A DNA stretch of 64,000 nucleotides. Origin: Bacteroidales bacterium (GTDB lineage: Bacteria > Bacteroidota > Bacteroidia > Bacteroidales > JAIOZK01). The DNA lies in NCBI GenBank assembly GCA_021740625.1, contig JAIOZK010000002.1, positions 248,497-312,496 on the forward strand. The letters are read 5' to 3'. Position numbers and translations under genes: made by a program. Shown here piece after piece: positions 60,057 to 64,000 of the stretch (its first letter is position 1; every line of letters begins with the position of its first letter). The notes under the pieces were generated by a model, which saw only the letters and a program-made list of their open reading frames with translations, was not told where the DNA came from and made no database searches.

Positions 60057-60418
60057 TTTATTGTGTTTATTGTGTTTATTGTGTTTGTTCATTAATGTCT
60101 GTTATTCCGGATTCCTTGTTCTGGATTTCGGATTTGATTGATCTTGCCTTTTCATATTTGAAGTTAAAAGTTTCTCTAAAGTCGGTACTCAAACCTGTCA
60201 GGTTCTCAAAACCTGACAGGTTTGAGAAGGGCGAATGCCTTTAGCCACTGCTACTACCGCCTGCCACTGTTTCTTGCCAAACCCGGGACTTGATCTCCTT
60301 TCTGTATAATATGTAAATAATTTAAACAAATTAGCCTGCATCCGAGTGACTGCTACTGCCACTGCCACTGCCAACTCCCGTCTGCCGACTGCTAACTGCC
60401 GCCTGCCAAACTGCCAAT
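60057..60418. repeat. Intergenic repeat cluster: 9-mer tandem, 17-bp palindrome and CTGCCA-type tracts
   Basis: (TTTATTGTG)x3; CTCAAACCTGTCAGGTT-N5-AACCTGACAGGTTTGAG (60188-60226); GCCACTGCTACT/CTGCCA repeats. Confidence 0.75.
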
Positions 60419-60943
60419 CTACTCATAAATCTCCAACAAACCCTCCGGTGTCTCAACAACAATCTCCCTTTTCTCACGGTCCACTTTTTTGATGATATCG
60501 TCGGCCACGGGAATCAGCAGCTCTTTTCCTTTTTTGTCGAACACCTTGAACAGGGCCTGGTTGGGCATGTCGAGCACCTCTTTCATGATCCCCAGGTATC
60601 CCTGCTTTACATCTGTGACTGCAAAGCCTTTGATCTCGTGATAGTAAAACTTATTGCCTTTCAGTTCTGGCAGGCTTTCTCCGGGCAGGTACATCTTGCA
60701 GCCGGTCAGCAATTCCTCTATGCCCTCGGTGGTATCTTCCTCAAATTCGATCATGGCCGAGCTGCCGGATAATTCCATGTTTTTGATAAAGAAGGGGATG
60801 TAGGTATGGTTGATATCGATAAAGACCACATCCAGCTTTTTATACTTCTCCGGTTCATCGGTATCCAGGGTAGCCCTGAACTTTTCCCCCGAAGCAACGG
60901 CCTTGTTGATCCGGCCCAGGTAAAAGAAGTCTTCTTTTTTCAT
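60419..60943 (-). CDS. rimM: Ribosome maturation factor RimM
   Basis: FYLGRI, IPFFI, FYYHEIKGF, ELLIPV, PEGLLEIY; lies downstream of rpsP. Confidence 0.92.
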   Translation of the reverse strand: MKKEDFFYLGRINKAVASGEKFRATLDTDEPEKYKKLDVVFIDINHTYIPFFIKNMELSGSSAMIEFEEDTTEGIEELLTGCKMYLPGESLPELKGNKFYYHEIKGFAVTDVKQGYLGIMKEVLDMPNQALFKVFDKKGKELLIPVADDIIKKVDREKREIVVETPEGLLEIYE

Positions 60944-60960
60944 GCTTCTAAAATTTATAC

Positions 60961-61039
60961 TTAACCGCAAAGGTCGCAAAGAAAATACTATGACCGCAAA
61001 GATAAATTATGATAAGCTTCTTTGCGACCTTGCGGTTAA
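60961..61039. repeat. Long inverted repeat between rpsP and rimM
   Basis: TTAACCGCAAAGGTCGCAAAGAA versus TTCTTTGCGACCTTGCGGTTAA. Confidence 0.75.
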
Positions 61040-61043
61040 AGAC

Positions 61044-61076
61044 AAAAAAGGCCGGAACACACGCCCCGGCCTTTTT
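61044..61076 (-). terminator. Intrinsic (bidirectional-type) terminator after rpsP
   Basis: AAAAAAGGCCGG-N10-CCGGCCTTTTT. Confidence 0.7.
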
Positions 61077-61097
61077 CGCTTTTTGTTACAAGAAAAA

Positions 61098-61976
61098 CTA
61101 CTCCTCTTTCTTGGCTTCTTCTTTCTTTTCTTCTTTCTCAGCCTTTTCCTCTTCTTTCTTTGCTTCGGCCTTTACTTCATCGGTTTTTTGCTCCTGCGCC
61201 TTGTCGGTAGCTTCCTCTTTGGCTTTTTCTTCGCTTTTTCCGGCTTCTTCCTTCTTCTCCTCAGCTTTCGGCTCTTCTTTCTTTTCTTCCTTCTTCTCAA
61301 CTGCTGCTGCACCTGCTACTGCCTCCTCTTTCTTCGGCTCCTCTTTCTTCGGCTCCTCTTTCTCCTCTGCTTCTTTCTCCTCTCCAGCCGCTGCACCTGC
61401 TGCTGCCTCCTCTTTCTTCGGTTCTTCTTTCTTCTCTTCAGTCTTTTCCTCTGCTGCTGCCTCCTTTTCTTTGGCCGCTTCTTCTTCCTGTGCTGCTTTC
61501 ACCTGGGCCTCCATCTCTTCGGCGCGCATCTTGGCCAGTTCGGCAGCCCTTTCTTCGTTGATCTTCCTTTCGGCCTCGAGTTTCTTCTTGCGTTCATCCC
61601 TGGCCTTTTGCTCTTCAGAGCTGGCCTGGCTGCGTATCTTTTCTTCCTTCTCGCTCATCCATGCCTGGAATTTGGCTTCTGCTTCCTGTTCGCTCAAAGC
61701 GCCTTTCTTCACACCTTTTAAAAGATGGTTTTTGTAAAGCACGCCCTTGAAGCCCAGGATAGACCTGACGGTTTCCGAAGGCTGTGCGCCTTTCTGGAGC
61801 CAGTCGAGTGCCCTGTCAAAATCCAGGATGATCTCTGCGGGATTGGGGATGGGATTGTAGGTTCCTATCCTTTCGATGTACCTGCCGTCGCGGGGAGAAC
61901 GTTTGTCGGCGATGACGATGTGGTAAAAAGCACTTCCCTTTTTACCCCTTCTTTGTAATCTGATTCTTGTTGCCAT
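61098..61976 (-). CDS. rpsP: 30S ribosomal protein S16 with a very long Glu/Lys/Ala C-terminal tail (292 aa)
   Basis: MATRIRLQRRGKK, IVIADKRSPRDGRYIERIGTYNP, WLQKGAQPSETV. Confidence 0.95.
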   Translation of the reverse strand: MATRIRLQRRGKKGSAFYHIVIADKRSPRDGRYIERIGTYNPIPNPAEIILDFDRALDWLQKGAQPSETVRSILGFKGVLYKNHLLKGVKKGALSEQEAEAKFQAWMSEKEEKIRSQASSEEQKARDERKKKLEAERKINEERAAELAKMRAEEMEAQVKAAQEEEAAKEKEAAAEEKTEEKKEEPKKEEAAAGAAAGEEKEAEEKEEPKKEEPKKEEAVAGAAAVEKKEEKKEEPKAEEKKEEAGKSEEKAKEEATDKAQEQKTDEVKAEAKKEEEKAEKEEKKEEAKKEE

Positions 61977-62166
61977 TGTACTAAATTTTTGTCCGTCTAC
62001 TAATTTTCTTCTTCGGCAGTCGCGCTGCCCTTTTCCAAAATTGGGGTGCAAATATCGGATTATTTTTTTGAATATGAAAGAAAAATGATGGCTAATGTTG
62101 TGATTTTATTTGGGTTGGTTGAGGTAATAAAGGTATAGGATGATATAGGTATAGGGTTATAGGAGT

Positions 62167-62460
62167 TGATGGCGAGGGTTTCGCTGGGATGGGAAAGTAA
62201 AATTACGGATATACTTTTCAGCGAAGCTCTCGCCAGGTTTTTGGTATATAAGAAAAAATAGGCCGGACATTAATTGCAGGTTTTTGTTTCACGGTCGCCG
62301 GGAATGATAATTTCACGCGAAGCCGCAAAGCCGCAATTTTTAATGTTTTTTCTTTGCGCCCTGGCGTCTTTGCGTGAAAATTAATTCTTTGTCTGATGGC
62401 GGGGATTTCGCTGGGACGGGAAGGTGAAATTGCGGATACATTGTTCGGCGAAACTCACCT
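62167..62460. repeat. Two diverged ~67-nt stem-loop direct repeats flanking an inverted-repeat element
   Basis: TGATGGCGAGGGTTTCGCTGGGAT...CAGCGAAGCTCTCGCCA (62167-62235) and TGATGGCGGGGATTTCGCTGGGAC...CGGCGAAACTCACCT (62394-62460). Confidence 0.7.
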
Positions 62461-62638
62461 TAGACTTTCAAACATTAATTTGTTTCATAATGCTTACATA
62501 ATCCATGAAGAAAAACAAGAATAAATCTTGACTTTTTGACAATATGTATTAACTTTATACAGCTTAAATATTGCCTGCCCCGGATTTTCTGTTGGATACC
62601 TGTTTAAGCCCACTGATATTAACCAAAACCAAAAAATT

Positions 62639-64000
62639 ATGAAAAAATGTCTTCTTATCGCCGGCATTTTCCTGCTTGGCATTTCGCTATGCGTAAAATC
62701 GCAAAGCATTACCATCGACAGTACATTTACTTCCGATGGTGAGATTTTCCCCTTTTCACAGGTGGATTCCATTTATGGCTTGAGTTTATCAGGCCATGTA
62801 ACCTTAAACAGTGACACCAGCCTGGTGCGGGTGATCCTGGTGGATGAGAACTATGATGAGTATATGGTTTATGAGGCATATCCTTTGATTGTGACGAGTA
62901 TGGAATTTGATATCACTAATGTCAGTGATGAGACAAAGTATATGAATGATACGGATCCATATTCAATTATGGTTTACTTGGAGGATGCTGAGTTGGTTTT
63001 ATCAGCAATCATATACCAATCAGGCTATACTGAAAACACCGATAGCTTACAATCAGATTATAAAGCTACAATTGAAACAACCAAGGTAGAAAATATTAAT
63101 TCTTACATCAATAGTAACAATTTTACATGGGGCGCTGATACAAATAGCATTAGCACTTTAAGTTATTCTGAAAAACGGAATAGATTTGGCGAAAAATATA
63201 ATTTAAGAGGTTATGATTACTATATCGCTGGTATCTATACTTTTTTAGGACCAGATGAATGGAATTTTACTCCTTCAGAATATATTGATCACTTTGATTG
63301 GAGAGAACGCCATAGTGCTCATGTTAACACAACACCCTATTTTGAGTATAAATACCCCAACCAAAATAATCCCAATCCATACTGGGATGGTGATCCGGAT
63401 TGGCATGAAGTTCATCCCGGAGAATGGGTTCATGAAATTGGAAACGGTTGGTTAACAAAAGTAAAGAAACAGGTTAGATTATGTGATAATACTTGTTATC
63501 TTTTTGGTCCGGTAGGAGCATTTGAGGCAATTATTAATTTATATTACAATCAGCATTTTGATGCAAATTTATCTGAACAATATATTATGTCGTGTGATGG
63601 CCTCGCCTCTAGTGATTGTGATGGTGGCAGTACAGGGAATACGCTAGAATATTTACGTGATGAAGGTATAATGGATCAGGATTACTGCCCTAATCAACAA
63701 AATACTAATAATAACGCTTTAGATTGTAGCGAATTAGATCTTTATCCTCCAATAAATTATAAATTTCAATCAACAGGTCATTTTGATTCTCACCTTAGCT
63801 TATTTGATGAAATTAAACATAGATTGATTACTTATGGGCCAACACAGGCAACTGTTGTTGGTATTCCCACAACTACAATGCCTCATTCAATGTGTTTAGT
63901 TGGATACAAAATTGTTGATAAGGGAGATATGGTATATAGAGGCCCAAATCTTGAACCCTTGGTAATTGATCAGGATAGTCCTTGGATGGGAGCACTTTAT
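62639..64000 (+). CDS. Secreted papain-like (C1) cysteine peptidase; runs off the window edge and is missing from the ORF track
   Basis: MKKCLLIAGIFLLGISLCVKS signal; FDWRERH, GWLTKVKKQVRLCDNTCYLF, NLSEQYIMSC, CDGG, YGP, PHSMCLVGY. Confidence 0.85.
   Translation, partial: MKKCLLIAGIFLLGISLCVKSQSITIDSTFTSDGEIFPFSQVDSIYGLSLSGHVTLNSDTSLVRVILVDENYDEYMVYEAYPLIVTSMEFDITNVSDETKYMNDTDPYSIMVYLEDAELVLSAIIYQSGYTENTDSLQSDYKATIETTKVENINSYINSNNFTWGADTNSISTLSYSEKRNRFGEKYNLRGYDYYIAGIYTFLGPDEWNFTPSEYIDHFDWRERHSAHVNTTPYFEYKYPNQNNPNPYWDGDPDWHEVHPGEWVHEIGNGWLTKVKKQVRLCDNTCYLFGPVGAFEAIINLYYNQHFDANLSEQYIMSCDGLASSDCDGGSTGNTLEYLRDEGIMDQDYCPNQQNTNNNALDCSELDLYPPINYKFQSTGHFDSHLSLFDEIKHRLITYGPTQATVVGIPTTTMPHSMCLVGYKIVDKGDMVYRGPNLEPLVIDQDSPWMGALY

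Noticed and set aside
60942-61737. Two long + strand ORFs (259 and 242 aa) rich in Phe/Leu/Ser
   Set aside because: Antisense shadows of the low-complexity rpsP tail, which lacks stop-generating codons.
62167-62460. CRISPR array or integron attC sites
   Set aside because: Only two diverged copies with a long spacer, no cas or integrase genes, and no RYYYAAC/GTTRRRY boxes.

Overview
A 64-kb chromosomal window from a Bacteroidota (Bacteroidales-like) genome. The assignment rests on type IX secretion cargo genes with type A and type B C-terminal domains (CTDs), TAnnTTTG -7 promoter elements and a long-tailed S16. Housekeeping genes (parE, nnr, gcvP, gdhA, guaA, tex, rimM, rpsP, tRNA m6A37 methyltransferase) are mixed with envelope/glycosylation genes, secreted repeat proteins, one RelE/ParE-type toxin-antitoxin pair and many short intergenic palindromes and tandem repeats. 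I saw no rRNA, tRNA, CRISPR array, transposase or reverse transcriptase. Best candidates for undescribed biology: (1) an operon pairing a DapA-fold enzyme, which keeps the Schiff-base Lys161 but has all three proton-relay residues replaced (T44V, Y107F, Y133H), with a divergent homoserine-kinase-like GHMP kinase and an SDR; (2) a GAF-like sensor/nucleotidyltransferase fusion coupled to a metallophosphoesterase, a possible writer/eraser pair; (3) a compact CADD-like metal oxidase keeping the residues used for self-sacrificing pABA synthesis. Three genes are absent from the ORF track: a receiver-domain 3' end, a NadR-type kinase with no ATG/GTG/TTG start, and a C1 peptidase running off the right edge. 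Three secreted-protein genes are disrupted, two at ~10-nt junctions that look like microhomology deletions. All family calls are from motif recognition by eye; no database searches were run.
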